The notes under the pieces are model-generated. The model did not search any database, was not told the DNA's origin, and saw nothing but the letters and a program-made list of their open reading frames with translations. Below, piece after piece: positions 20,204 to 30,416 of a stretch of 64,000 nucleotides of DNA. The stretch lies in IMG/VR virus record IMGVR_UViG_3300025684_000011, one strand, 5' to 3'. How positions within the stretch are numbered: position 1 is the stretch's first letter; each line of letters starts with the position of its first letter. Made by a program: the position numbers and the translations under genes. The DNA is from a virus.

Positions 20204-20416
20204 ATGCCAAACGCATTTCCGGCTACTGGGTCTACAAAATCAATGGGTCGTATCAGAAGAGGTTTTGTTGCTTCTGGTAGTCATTACGCAACTGGAGGAT
20301 TCGGATTAAGAGGAACACTAGCAAACTATATCGGTATTACTAGTGGAACAGTATCAATTAGTTCAACATTTGGTGGTTACTATGCCACAAATAGTACAGA
20401 CGACACTGATAATTAA
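20204..20416 (+). CDS. Small Gly/Ser-rich fibre-associated protein
   Basis: 70 aa ORF with SD AGGAG directly after the S74-type fibre gene. Confidence 0.65.
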   Translation: MPNAFPATGSTKSMGRIRRGFVASGSHYATGGFGLRGTLANYIGITSGTVSISSTFGGYYATNSTDDTDN

Positions 20417-20444
20417 TCTTAATTAAAGACCTTAAGAGTATAAT

Positions 20445-20473
20445 AAGAAAGGAGCTAATAGCTCCTTTCTTTA
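20445..20473 (+). terminator. Terminator hairpin (possibly bidirectional)
   Basis: AAGAAAGGAGCT-AAT-AGCTCCTTTCTT. Confidence 0.8.
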
Positions 20474-20530
20474 TGGGTAAAACACCATACCAAATATAAG
20501 ATATATAATAAGGAGTCAAAAGGAGATACC

Positions 20531-21055
20531 ATGACAAAATCTGCAGAATCAATTATTAACGAAGTGCGTAATGTACAATCTGGTGTTCCGTTTAGAACAA
20601 GTTTTGAAAGAGAAAACTTTGTTTATAATGAAGCGGAAGGTCCTAGGTTAGTATTAATTTTATGCCAAGATCTTACACAACTGTTTAATCACCACGAAAC
20701 AGCATGTCAATCAGAGTGGGAAAAAGAAGCAGTACTTAAAGAAATGAATATTGTACAAGATAAGTTAAACGAAGTAATGGAAGAACTTGGTGTAACTAAT
20801 CCAGAAGAGTTTGTTAATGCATTAGAAGAAGCTGAACCAGAATATTGGTCAGAAACATTATCAAGGCGTGCGGCTGTTGAAGCATTATCAAACAAACAAA
20901 GTACTGCTAATATGAGTGATATGTTAAACTTACCACTTGAAGTATATGAACAAACAATTATGAAAACGCAAACGTACCTTAATGTAGTTAATAAAACAAC
21001 TAGGGTAGCAGAACGTACAGCAAATAGAAGAGCACAGGACGAAGACGAAGAATAG
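20531..21055 (+). CDS. Hypothetical helical protein
   Basis: 174 aa ORF with SD AGGAG. Confidence 0.75.
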   Translation: MTKSAESIINEVRNVQSGVPFRTSFERENFVYNEAEGPRLVLILCQDLTQLFNHHETACQSEWEKEAVLKEMNIVQDKLNEVMEELGVTNPEEFVNALEEAEPEYWSETLSRRAAVEALSNKQSTANMSDMLNLPLEVYEQTIMKTQTYLNVVNKTTRVAERTANRRAQDEDEE

Positions 21056-21056
21056 A

Positions 21057-21704
21057 ATGTTCGGTAAGAATCTAAAAGCCGTGCCTGTAACCAGTAGAGG
21101 AAGTCATATTGCTATATGTATTCCAACTAATGGACTTTTACATTCTGAATTCGCATTTTTTCTAATTGACGCAATACGTTATACAGAAAGACAAGGATAC
21201 ATAGTTGACATACTTATGGATCTTGGAACAGTATTAAGTAGTCAGAGGCAATTCCTAGCTAGAAGGGCTATCAATGATCATAATGCAGATTATATTATGT
21301 GGTTTGATAGTGATATGACATTTCCAGAAGATACGATTGTTAATTTATTAGAAAGAAATAAAGATGTAGTTTGTGCAACATATTCTAAAAGAGTAGAGCC
21401 CTTTCATGCAACTGCCTTTGAAGAAATTAATCCTGTTGTCCCAGTTGAAATGAGCGGTAGTTTAAAAAAAGTAAAGTATGCTGGAATGGGTTGTATGCTA
21501 GTAAAAGCAGATGTATATGCTTCAATACCTGCTCCGTGGTTTCCTTTAACATGGCATGAACAAACAGATAGCTGGCATGGAGAAGATATGGGATTTTGTA
21601 CAAAAGCTATTGAAGCCGGTTATGATATCTGGTGTGATATTGATCTTAGTGTTAACATTGGTCATTTAGGTCAACAAGAATTTTTGTTGAGTCGGGAAGA
21701 CTAG
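21057..21704 (+). CDS. GT-A fold (GT2-like) glycosyltransferase
   Basis: IAICIPT start strand, DYIMWFDSD (DxD), GMGCMLVK, GED..FC and GHLG motifs. Confidence 0.8.
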   Translation: MFGKNLKAVPVTSRGSHIAICIPTNGLLHSEFAFFLIDAIRYTERQGYIVDILMDLGTVLSSQRQFLARRAINDHNADYIMWFDSDMTFPEDTIVNLLERNKDVVCATYSKRVEPFHATAFEEINPVVPVEMSGSLKKVKYAGMGCMLVKADVYASIPAPWFPLTWHEQTDSWHGEDMGFCTKAIEAGYDIWCDIDLSVNIGHLGQQEFLLSRED

Positions 21705-22077
21705 AAAAGAATCCACACCATCTATGCAACTTTTTTAAGTTAATCCCAGCACTAATATGAAATTCTGGTAGAGAAACATTATTAACAACATTCCTCATTA
21801 ATACACCATCAATGACTGTACTTTTTACAAGTTTAGCCTTTAGGTTAGTATCTTCGCATATAATTTGTATAATTGGATGATTCCAGTTTTCGTCAAATAT
21901 AATCTTTCTGGCTTCTAAGTACCAACGTTCTGTGTAGCAAATATTATCTTTATATAACTTGTTTAACAGAGGATTATTCAATCTTTCTTCGTTACACAAT
22001 GTAAATTGCATCTGTTTATGGGGACCACTGTAAAACTCAGCTGGAATTTTATCTTTAACTAATTTTAAACTCATCAC
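21652..22077 (-). CDS. Hypothetical protein
   Basis: About 140 aa ORF at the end of the minus-strand block; overlaps the Nudix 3' end. Confidence 0.6.
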   Translation of the reverse strand: MMSLKLVKDKIPAEFYSGPHKQMQFTLCNEERLNNPLLNKLYKDNICYTERWYLEARKIIFDENWNHPIIQIICEDTNLKAKLVKSTVIDGVLMRNVVNNVSLPEFHISAGINLKKLHRWCGFFSSLPDSTKILVDLNDQC

Positions 22078-22492
22078 TTAGTATACTCTTTAACGTTTCT
22101 TTAAATGCTCTGCTCTTGAACATTTTTCCTGTATTATAATGGAGTGGTGACGGCCATGAATTTAGTTTAACCCAACAGTATCCAGCACTCTCGTTGTTTA
22201 ATATAGGATTAAATTCTTCCTCGCATAAAACAGCATAACTTACATGCCTAAAATGTCGATTTCTTGTTGTGAATGTATAGATATGACTGATACCAATAGT
22301 ATCAGGAACTCCTGGATGTCCGAGTTCTTCGACTAGCTCTCTTTTAAGTCCTTCTAAGTCGCCTTCGTTGCCTATGAGTTTTCCTCCCCATAACCCCCAA
22401 CACATACTATGACGCTCTTCTTCACTTCTTAATTGCATCATCGCTCTTTGTGTTTTCTGACATATAATTAATGCTCCTACTGCTCTTAACAT
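22055..22492 (-). CDS. Nudix hydrolase
   Basis: Complete Nudix box G-KLIGN-E-GDLEGLK-RELVEELG. Confidence 0.9.
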   Translation of the reverse strand: MLRAVGALIICQKTQRAMMQLRSEEERHSMCWGLWGGKLIGNEGDLEGLKRELVEELGHPGVPDTIGISHIYTFTTRNRHFRHVSYAVLCEEEFNPILNNESAGYCWVKLNSWPSPLHYNTGKMFKSRAFKETLKSILSDEFKIS

Positions 22493-22499
22493 GATAAAA

Positions 22500-23873
22500 C
22501 TAGTTAACTATCCTCCAATAACCTTGTTCAAATATTCCTTCTATTGCTATTACCCAAGTTTCTCCATCGTAGTACAACTTCTCACCTGAATTAGCATTGG
22601 TAGTATACCCTATTGTGTTTACCGCCGTTGAGTCGAAGCTCACTACCCAATCTGTGCCATTATATTCAATAATATCGTCTTCTCCTGCTTGTAATAATCC
22701 CCACGGACCTCCGTCAAATGGAACAACATTACTAACTAGCAGATATCGCTGACCGGTTGCTTCTGCTGGTAAATTTCCAACTCCGGGTTGTGATTTCTGT
22801 GGATTAATAATACCATTGATAGAAGTAATTGTATCATTTGGCAATGTATCTTGATTCAATGTAAAAGCAATCAGATTTTCGTTGGTGTTTACAATAGTAT
22901 CACATATTAATATAACCTCGTCGGCTTCGTCTGCAAAAGCTGAACTTGGACCTATTCTTAATCTAATTTCTGTAATACCCGGTTTGAATCCACCATGCAA
23001 ATTAAAATGGGTTGTCCAATTTAATAAATCTGATCCTTGTGTTTTATCAATATTAGTATTATCATTATTTAATAATTCAATATTATCTGAATTTACTTTA
23101 ATATGTCTATTTTCAAAAGTAAGCCATTGTCTTTGTGTATTTCCGTTAAAATTAATATTTAAACTTTCAATACTTACATTATCAATATCTTCATATGAAG
23201 ATTGTAAGATGCTATGTATAAGAACTTGTCTCTTAATTTTTGCAGGTGGTGTTAAGTAGATTGGTAATTGATATATCAAGCTCGAAACATCAATAATATC
23301 ATCTTGTCCATTTGGAATCTGTCTTGCTGTCCATGTGGTATTGATTAATTCAACAACTCCTAAACTTGTCCAATCAAATGGATTATCACTACTTTGTAAG
23401 TTAACACTTGGATTAAAAAGTAATAGTATTTGCTCTAGTAATTGTAATTTTTGTTCTGTATTACTAGTCCATATATCAACATTAAGAGTTAAATCATAAG
23501 GAATAGGAGATATTCTTTCTAGTGTATAAGACTCGCCAAGTTCATCTAAAAACTCATTATTATTAGAATCAAACTTCTTTTCTAATACTTGAGCTCTGTC
23601 AATATGAGTTGGATTTAATCTTCTTTCTGGACTAGGAAGTAATTCTGAAATATAAACAGATATAAATGGAACAGTATTAATTTTATTTTCTGAATTTTCC
23701 TTAATAATATGAGATGCCATTCTGCTAGTATCGCCATATCTAACCGGTACTAAATGAAAGTTATCTGCTCCATTGTCGTCTTTACCCATCTTGACAGAAA
23801 ATCCGCCAAATACTCTCATAAATTGTACTAGCCATCTTCTTATTTGTTGATCATAAAAATATGTTTGTGCCAT
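22500..23873 (-). CDS. Tail terminator / sheath stabiliser (T4 gp15-like) with C-terminal extension
   Basis: YFYD.QIRR....F...F, VPVRYG and PIPYDL...VDIW......LQLLEQIL..FNP motifs. Confidence 0.8.
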   Translation of the reverse strand: MAQTYFYDQQIRRWLVQFMRVFGGFSVKMGKDDNGADNFHLVPVRYGDTSRMASHIIKENSENKINTVPFISVYISELLPSPERRLNPTHIDRAQVLEKKFDSNNNEFLDELGESYTLERISPIPYDLTLNVDIWTSNTEQKLQLLEQILLLFNPSVNLQSSDNPFDWTSLGVVELINTTWTARQIPNGQDDIIDVSSLIYQLPIYLTPPAKIKRQVLIHSILQSSYEDIDNVSIESLNINFNGNTQRQWLTFENRHIKVNSDNIELLNNDNTNIDKTQGSDLLNWTTHFNLHGGFKPGITEIRLRIGPSSAFADEADEVILICDTIVNTNENLIAFTLNQDTLPNDTITSINGIINPQKSQPGVGNLPAEATGQRYLLVSNVVPFDGGPWGLLQAGEDDIIEYNGTDWVVSFDSTAVNTIGYTTNANSGEKLYYDGETWVIAIEGIFEQGYWRIVN

Positions 23874-24118
23874 TATTTTTTATCCTGTTTCAATATTTGT
23901 TTTTGCATTTCCTCAAGAGTTTCATTGTTTACACATTGTATATTTAACTCTGTTATGTTTGGAAAAGCCGATCTTAAACCTTTATCTAAACCGTCTGCAT
24001 ATATTGTTTGGTATCCCTTGCAATCGTTAGCATTTTTAAATTTTAAAGACGTGTTTATTTTTAACTCAACCTCTTCAGATCCTGCAAACATTACTAAAGC
24101 CACTAGAAACCATGTCAT
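23873..24118 (-). CDS. Small exported/membrane protein with a Cys pair
   Basis: Hydrophobic N-terminus (MTWFLVALVMFAG), two Cys; abuts both neighbours. Confidence 0.6.
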   Translation of the reverse strand: MTWFLVALVMFAGSEEVELKINTSLKFKNANDCKGYQTIYADGLDKGLRSAFPNITELNIQCVNNETLEEMQKQILKQDKK

Positions 24119-25219
24119 CTAATCATCCGTCCTAGGTTTTTTAAATACTTTAGATAAATTTTGCTTTTCGCTAGTAATACCTTTTTCGTCTGCTGGATTA
24201 CTAGATCTAGTTTTGTTCTCATTATTAATAAATGCATTAGTTGGTGTTCTAGGTCGTAAGTCGCCTCCAAATCCTGCTTGTTCAACACTATCAAATATTC
24301 TAAGCCATTTTTTACCTATATACTGGAATAATCTATTAGGAACAAAATCACTTCTAATAAAATATTCTTGCTGGTCAGGATTGTTAGGAAAACTTAAACC
24401 AGATGAAACTAAATTCGTATCTGGTAATCCGCCTACTTTAATATCTTTTACAGGTCCGCTATCCGGATCTGCTGTTGGCTCTTTTCCTTCTTTATCTCCA
24501 AAGAAAGATGAATCATCCCATAAGCCTGAGTTTGGTACAAGCACTTCTGAGGAGGCAATAACTGCTTCAGAAATTTCAACTTCTTTTTGGTAGGTACTTA
24601 ATGCATTCTTTAAACTATCTTCATCTTCTGGGTCACCAAGTATTCCTCGATATTCCTGTGCATCCATCATTGGAGATGCTTTTATTCTCCATAAATGAGG
24701 CCACCATGTAGGACCAAAACCTTCTGCGGCCCTAGATGCATCATTAATAACATAAAATTTATTAATGCTCTTTGCACTAGCATCTAATAGTAAGTCATCA
24801 TTTAAGTGAGGTAACTCTATAACATCACCAGCCATAAGTTTTCTACCTAATATAGAAGCCATATCGTTTGTATGGAAAGTAATAAAAATAGTATCAGCAC
24901 TAAGGAATAAACCAAACTGGCTTAAATCAAAGTCAGTATCTGCAACATTATATGTTCCTCTTAATTCGTAAATTGTAGTATCATAGACACGATCTCTATT
25001 TTCTAGAAATAGTAAATCTTGTATATCCAACTCAGATACATCACCTTTTGCTTGTAAATTTGGTTGTGCAGGATCACCTGTTTCTCCTTGTGAAGCAGGG
25101 CCTAAGTACTTGTGGATATAGATAGAGGTACCACCTGCATTAACAGCTTCTCGTATAATGCGGTCTTGGTAGTGATAATCCTTACCTTTGTCGTTATTCC
25201 AGAGTTGAATTCTTGGCAT
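24119..25219 (-). CDS. Neck/head-closure protein (T4 gp14-like)
   Basis: DLLFLENRDR.Y, FDLSQFGLF and GDVIELPH motifs; lies between gp13- and gp15-like genes; SD AAGGAG and minus-strand TAAATA at 25245-25250. Confidence 0.65.
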   Translation of the reverse strand: MPRIQLWNNDKGKDYHYQDRIIREAVNAGGTSIYIHKYLGPASQGETGDPAQPNLQAKGDVSELDIQDLLFLENRDRVYDTTIYELRGTYNVADTDFDLSQFGLFLSADTIFITFHTNDMASILGRKLMAGDVIELPHLNDDLLLDASAKSINKFYVINDASRAAEGFGPTWWPHLWRIKASPMMDAQEYRGILGDPEDEDSLKNALSTYQKEVEISEAVIASSEVLVPNSGLWDDSSFFGDKEGKEPTADPDSGPVKDIKVGGLPDTNLVSSGLSFPNNPDQQEYFIRSDFVPNRLFQYIGKKWLRIFDSVEQAGFGGDLRPRTPTNAFINNENKTRSSNPADEKGITSEKQNLSKVFKKPRTDD

Positions 25220-25267
25220 AAATGCTCCTTAATTACATATATTGTATTTACCGTTCTTAGATTTAGG

Positions 25268-25296
25268 TTGACACCAAGGTAAGAATACTATATACT
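25268..25296 (+). promoter_or_regulatory. Sigma70-type (early/middle) promoter
   Basis: TTGACA-17nt-TATACT. Confidence 0.8.
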
Positions 25297-25329
25297 TACT
25301 AGTAGTTAGTTAGAAATAGGAGAATATCT

Positions 25330-26544
25330 ATGGCTTTGCCAAAAGTAACAAAACGTAAAAAACCTCGTGCCGCTAGGCGTGTTAGCACAGGAGAGCCTAA
25401 GTTCGAAGGAATTGAATCTCTAAACGGACAAGAGTATTGTAAAACATACAGGCAGATGTCCGAGTATTATCGTTTAGACTGTAAGAGCTCTGACTATAAA
25501 GGTTGGGTTGTTGCATATTGCAAAGAACATGAAGAATTTAAAAGTAAATCAACTATAGTTAATAAAGTTCCAGATAGCAAATTTGGTCCTAGTCTGGGTT
25601 GTAGTGCTAGGTTGTTATCAAGAGGATGGCCAGACTATCATCCTGCATATGCAGAATATTGGGAAAATCTAGCAGGTACAATGGGAGAGGTTGCTCCTTT
25701 AAGTACATGGCTTGATAAAAACATAAAAGAGATAATTGAAGTTGGCAAGACAATCGTTGAGGAAAAGAAAGCGATTGAGGCAAAGAGTGCAGTTCCTAAA
25801 CAAACAATACAAGATAGATTGAAAGAACAACTTGAAGATCTGCTAGGTGAAATTGAAGGTGCAGTAGATGACTTTACTGAGCATGGTAAAGCATTTGATG
25901 CATATAAATTTTTACAGTCAAATAACTTAGCGGCAAACTCTGCTCCTCAAATTGCTGAATTTTACAAGCCATTAATTGCTGAAATTGAAGAATACTTAAA
26001 AGGTGATTGCGAACAGTTAAACGAAGCATATGCTCACTTAGGAAAACGTGATGCTAAGAATTTTATTAAATTTTTGCAGTCTATTGTTGACGGAGCGAAT
26101 GCATATAAGGCAATGAAAATTTCTACTAGGGCAAAACCTAAGAGAAAACCAATTCCAGCAGAACGTATTGTTAGGAAACTAAAATATCTAAAAACATATA
26201 CACTAGGAGGACTTGAATTCAAGAGTGTTGATCCAAGAGATATATTGCAATGCTCTGAACTCTGGACTTATAATACCAAGACAAGAAAACTTGGTAGATT
26301 TGTTGCCGCAAAGCACGGTGATGTTGTAGTATCTCATCTAACAGTTAAGAGTACCAGTATTACAGGACACGATACTGAGAACAGTATTAGCAAAACACTT
26401 CGTAGGCCAGAAGAACAACTTACAGAATGGAAAAATGCTAGTCGACCTGAGTTACGGAAATTTTTAGGTAAAATTAAAGGAACAGAAGTTAAACTTCGTC
26501 CTAGGATATCAGAAGAGACGTTATTGCTAAAAATTATAAAGTAG
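25330..26544 (+). CDS. Hypothetical early protein, basic C-terminal domain
   Basis: 404 aa ORF with SD AGGAG behind a sigma70 promoter. Confidence 0.8.
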   Translation: MALPKVTKRKKPRAARRVSTGEPKFEGIESLNGQEYCKTYRQMSEYYRLDCKSSDYKGWVVAYCKEHEEFKSKSTIVNKVPDSKFGPSLGCSARLLSRGWPDYHPAYAEYWENLAGTMGEVAPLSTWLDKNIKEIIEVGKTIVEEKKAIEAKSAVPKQTIQDRLKEQLEDLLGEIEGAVDDFTEHGKAFDAYKFLQSNNLAANSAPQIAEFYKPLIAEIEEYLKGDCEQLNEAYAHLGKRDAKNFIKFLQSIVDGANAYKAMKISTRAKPKRKPIPAERIVRKLKYLKTYTLGGLEFKSVDPRDILQCSELWTYNTKTRKLGRFVAAKHGDVVVSHLTVKSTSITGHDTENSISKTLRRPEEQLTEWKNASRPELRKFLGKIKGTEVKLRPRISEETLLLKIIK

Positions 26545-26595
26545 CAACCCATATGTTCTAATATAATTGCCATAAATAATACGGAGACAAAATTT

Positions 26596-27342
26596 ATGGC
26601 AATTACTACAGAACGCAACAAAGTTATCAAATATATCGAACTATCTCTTGGTGAAGGAATGGTTGATGTAGAATTAGACAAAGAACACTATGATATGGCT
26701 ATTGATAAAGCGGTTGCCAAATACAGGCAACGTAGTACTCGTGCCGTTGAAGAAAGTTTTATGGTCTTAAAACTTAGCCCAGAAGAGAGCACCTATATAT
26801 TACCAAGCGAGGTAATGGAAGTTAAGCAAGTATACAGAAGAAATGCCGGTGGTATCTCTGCTAGTGCAACTGACTTTGAACCTTTTGAAGCAGGTTACTT
26901 GAATATGTATATGCTAAACGCAGGACGAGGTGGCGGACTTGCTACATTTGAATTATATATGGGTTATAGAGAGCAAATGGGCAAAATGTTTGGAGCTCAT
27001 CTAATATTTAATTGGAATGAAGTAACAAAGAAAATCCATCTACATAGAAAAATTAGAAGTGATGAGGAATGTATTCTTCATATCTATAACCATAGACCAG
27101 ACGAAATGTTACTAAGTGATTCACATTCCAATCCATGGTTAAAAGACTATGCTTTAGCAGTAGCAAAAATGTCTTTAGGACAAGCTCGTAGCAAATTTGG
27201 AGCCTTAGCTGGACCACAAGGCGGAGTACAGTTAAACGGTAACGACCTTATTGCACAATCTCAAGCTGAAATTGAAAAACTAGAAGCCGAACTTATTAAT
27301 TACGTTGACGGCGGAACTCCTATTAGCTTTATATTTGGTTAA
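26596..27342 (+). CDS. Neck protein (T4 gp13-like)
   Basis: YI...LG...VDVEL...H...AID.A...Y, WLKDYALA..K..LG..RSKF and GG.QLNG motifs. Confidence 0.85.
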   Translation: MAITTERNKVIKYIELSLGEGMVDVELDKEHYDMAIDKAVAKYRQRSTRAVEESFMVLKLSPEESTYILPSEVMEVKQVYRRNAGGISASATDFEPFEAGYLNMYMLNAGRGGGLATFELYMGYREQMGKMFGAHLIFNWNEVTKKIHLHRKIRSDEECILHIYNHRPDEMLLSDSHSNPWLKDYALAVAKMSLGQARSKFGALAGPQGGVQLNGNDLIAQSQAEIEKLEAELINYVDGGTPISFIFG

Positions 27343-27350
27343 ACAATGTT

Positions 27351-27379
27351 TTGACAATACAGTCAAATAATGCTATAAT
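27351..27379 (+). promoter_or_regulatory. Sigma70-type promoter (consensus, extended -10)
   Basis: TTGACA-17nt(ending TGC)-TATAAT. Confidence 0.85.
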
Positions 27380-27406
27380 AAATTATTATAGTTAGGATTT
27401 ACCAAT

Positions 27407-27919
27407 ATGCAATTACCCAAATTACTAGTAGTAGGACACGGAAGACACGGCAAGGATACTGTATGTGAACTGCTGGCAAAATATGGTTATACTTTTCAAT
27501 CAAGTTCAAAGTTTTGCTCAGAACTGTTTATATTCAACGATACTAAAAACAAGTATGGATATAAGGACGAGGAAGAATGTTATGCTGACAGACATAACCA
27601 TAGAACTGAATGGTACGAAATGATACATGATTATTGTAAGGATGACTTGGCTAAACTTGGAAGAAATTTATTTGCAAAGCATGACATATACTGCGGTCTG
27701 AGAAACAAACGTGAATATTTTGCTATGCAAAACGAAATAATTTTTGATTATGCAATATGGGTAGATAGAGCAGATCACTTAGAATTAGAAGATCCAAGTA
27801 GTATGAGTATTGAACAATGGATGTGTGATTTTACTATTGATAATAATGGATCATTAGATAGATTAGTAAAAAATGTTGATATACTTGCACAACGACGCTT
27901 AAACTTAACGTTGTCCTAG
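27407..27919 (+). CDS. Deoxynucleoside monophosphate kinase-like P-loop protein
   Basis: VVGHGRHGKDT P-loop; G.R...E; D..IDNNGSL..L C-terminal motif. Confidence 0.75.
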   Translation: MQLPKLLVVGHGRHGKDTVCELLAKYGYTFQSSSKFCSELFIFNDTKNKYGYKDEEECYADRHNHRTEWYEMIHDYCKDDLAKLGRNLFAKHDIYCGLRNKREYFAMQNEIIFDYAIWVDRADHLELEDPSSMSIEQWMCDFTIDNNGSLDRLVKNVDILAQRRLNLTLS

Positions 27920-28027
27920 AAATCTATAAATTAACTACCCTAATAAATAGCCGGTTTTACTGGTCCTTTAGCTAAATACATCTGAGAAGGGCAGACGCCC
28001 TGTAAACTAAACTCGGAGAAAAAAATT

Positions 28028-30394
28028 ATGGCAACTTTAGTTTCCCCAGGTGTATCGGTTTCCGTCATTGACGAATCCGCTTATGCATCAGCCGGTAATG
28101 GAACAGTTCCTGCGATTTTCATTGTAACGCGATCTAATAAATTAGCACCAGATGGAACTATTGCAGAATATACAAAATCCAAATATGCTGGTTTACCTCT
28201 AACTATCACTAGTCAGAGAGAATTAGTTCAGCTATATGGAGAACCAGAATTTACAATCGTAGATGGTACCCCAGTACACGGACATGAATTAAACGAATAC
28301 GGTCTTCTAGCCGCATACTATTATTTAGGTGTTGCAAACAGAGCAATCGTAACTCGTGCAGATTTAAACGTAGAAGAAATGGAACCGTTAGATGTAGCAC
28401 CAACAGGAGATCCAGTAAATGGAACTTATTGGTTTGATACAGCAAGTACTTCCTTTGGAATTTTTGAAGGTAACGGTACAGCATGGATTGCAAAAAGTGT
28501 AACACTTTTTGATGGAACACCAACAGGTGGTTCAGATGGTGATTATGCTCTTGACATTTCAGCAGATTTAAAAGAATTTTATAAAAACGAGTCAGGAGTA
28601 TGGAACAAACTTACAACCGCAGATATTGCAGGTACAGTTAACATTGCTCCTCACTATAACTTTCCAACACCAACATCAGGAGATGTATGGTTTAAAACAA
28701 CTTCACCAAATAGCGGATTTAGTCCAGTTATCAAAAAGTATAGCAGTTCAACTGGCTCATTTGCACAACAAATTATTGGTCCAAATTTACCAGATCAACT
28801 TGTTGCTTATGTTGATGATACTGCCGCCGCAACGGCATTTGGTACATCATTAGATGGAAACGATCTTTATATTAAGATTGCTGATCCTAGTGAAGCAAAC
28901 TTTGAGGTTCGTAGATATGACGGATCTTCTTTTGCCGCTAATGTACAAGAAGTTAAAGCAACTGCTCCAGTAGGTGCTATTGTTGACGGAACACTATGGT
29001 ATGACGCAGGAACCACAGCTGACGTTTACAGAAAAGCATCATCAGGATGGGAGCCAGTAGGTGCTGGTAACATTACAGTTGATACTATTGAGCCATCAGG
29101 TCCAACAACTGGAGATGTTTGGATTGATACTAATGACCTTGTAAATTATCCTTTGCTTAAAGTATATGATGGCGCAGAATTTGTTGCTTTTGATAATGCA
29201 GATCAAACTACTCCAACCGGTGTATTGTTTGCTGACTTAACTGCTACCTTTCAGGATTCTACCGGTTCAGGTGGAACAGCTACAGCAATGGACAGCGAAG
29301 CACCAGATCCAGCTTTTTACCCTGAAGGAATGCTTCTTTTCAATACAGCAGTAAGTTCAGGTAACGTTAAAAAATGGAACGATACTGCAGGACATTTCCA
29401 AAGTGAATCAGGCAATAGAGACTCCGGTCCTAAAGCAGGATCCATGTATGCATTTGATAAAGCTCAACGTAGAGTTGTTGCTAAAAGATTGCAGGCAGTA
29501 CTAACAGGCGGAGAAGAATTAAGAGAAGAAACACTTAACTTTAACTTAATTGCAACTCCAGGATATCCTGAGTGTATTGATGAAATGTTAACACTAAACA
29601 TTGATCGTAAGGAAACAGCATTTATTATTGCTGATACTCCAATGAAACTTGGAACTAATACAGCAGAAGTTAATGCTTGGGCACTTGGAACCAATGCTGG
29701 TACTAACGGAGAAGACGGATTGACAACAAGAAATGCGTCAATTGGACTTTATTATCCATCAGCACTATCAACTGATTTATCAGGTAATGATGTTGCAGTT
29801 CCAGGAAGTCATGCAGTACTAAGAGCTTATGCTTATAATGACGAAGTAGCTTATCCATGGTTTGCTCCAGCTGGTTTAACCAGAGGACAGGCAAGTGGTG
29901 TTAGTAACTTTGGTGTTGTTACAGCAGAAAATGAGTTCAAGAACGTTGCATTAAACAATGGTCAACGTGATGCACTTTATACGAAGAATATTAATCCACT
30001 AGTAAACTTTCCAGGAACTGGACTTTACCTTTGGGGACAAAAGACACTTCATCCATTTGCATCAGCACTTGATCGTGTAAACGTTGCACGTCTATTAGCG
30101 TTCTTACGTGAAAGATTTGACGTTGTTGCTCGTCCGTTCATTTTTGAGCCAAACGACAAGATTACAAGAGATCGTGTATTATTAGTATTCAATGCTTTCA
30201 TGGAAGACATGGTTGCTAAGAGAGCTGTTTATGATTTCTTAGTAGTATGTGACGAAACTAATAACACTAATGCAAGAATCGATCGAAACGAATTGTACAT
30301 TGATATAGCAATTGAGCCAGTTAAAGCGGCTGAATTTATCTATATTCCAATTCGTGTAGTTAACACTGGCGCGATAGCCGGTGCAAATGCATAA
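28028..30394 (+). CDS. Tail sheath protein (T4 gp18-like)
   Basis: LVSPGVSVSVIDES N-terminus; PWFAPAGLTRG, RDALY...INP, WGQKT, ALDRVNVARL, FEPND and IAIEPVKAAEFIYI motifs. Confidence 0.95.
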   Translation: MATLVSPGVSVSVIDESAYASAGNGTVPAIFIVTRSNKLAPDGTIAEYTKSKYAGLPLTITSQRELVQLYGEPEFTIVDGTPVHGHELNEYGLLAAYYYLGVANRAIVTRADLNVEEMEPLDVAPTGDPVNGTYWFDTASTSFGIFEGNGTAWIAKSVTLFDGTPTGGSDGDYALDISADLKEFYKNESGVWNKLTTADIAGTVNIAPHYNFPTPTSGDVWFKTTSPNSGFSPVIKKYSSSTGSFAQQIIGPNLPDQLVAYVDDTAAATAFGTSLDGNDLYIKIADPSEANFEVRRYDGSSFAANVQEVKATAPVGAIVDGTLWYDAGTTADVYRKASSGWEPVGAGNITVDTIEPSGPTTGDVWIDTNDLVNYPLLKVYDGAEFVAFDNADQTTPTGVLFADLTATFQDSTGSGGTATAMDSEAPDPAFYPEGMLLFNTAVSSGNVKKWNDTAGHFQSESGNRDSGPKAGSMYAFDKAQRRVVAKRLQAVLTGGEELREETLNFNLIATPGYPECIDEMLTLNIDRKETAFIIADTPMKLGTNTAEVNAWALGTNAGTNGEDGLTTRNASIGLYYPSALSTDLSGNDVAVPGSHAVLRAYAYNDEVAYPWFAPAGLTRGQASGVSNFGVVTAENEFKNVALNNGQRDALYTKNINPLVNFPGTGLYLWGQKTLHPFASALDRVNVARLLAFLRERFDVVARPFIFEPNDKITRDRVLLVFNAFMEDMVAKRAVYDFLVVCDETNNTNARIDRNELYIDIAIEPVKAAEFIYIPIRVVNTGAIAGANA

Positions 30395-30416
30395 ATAAAC
30401 GTAAGGAGATAAGAAA

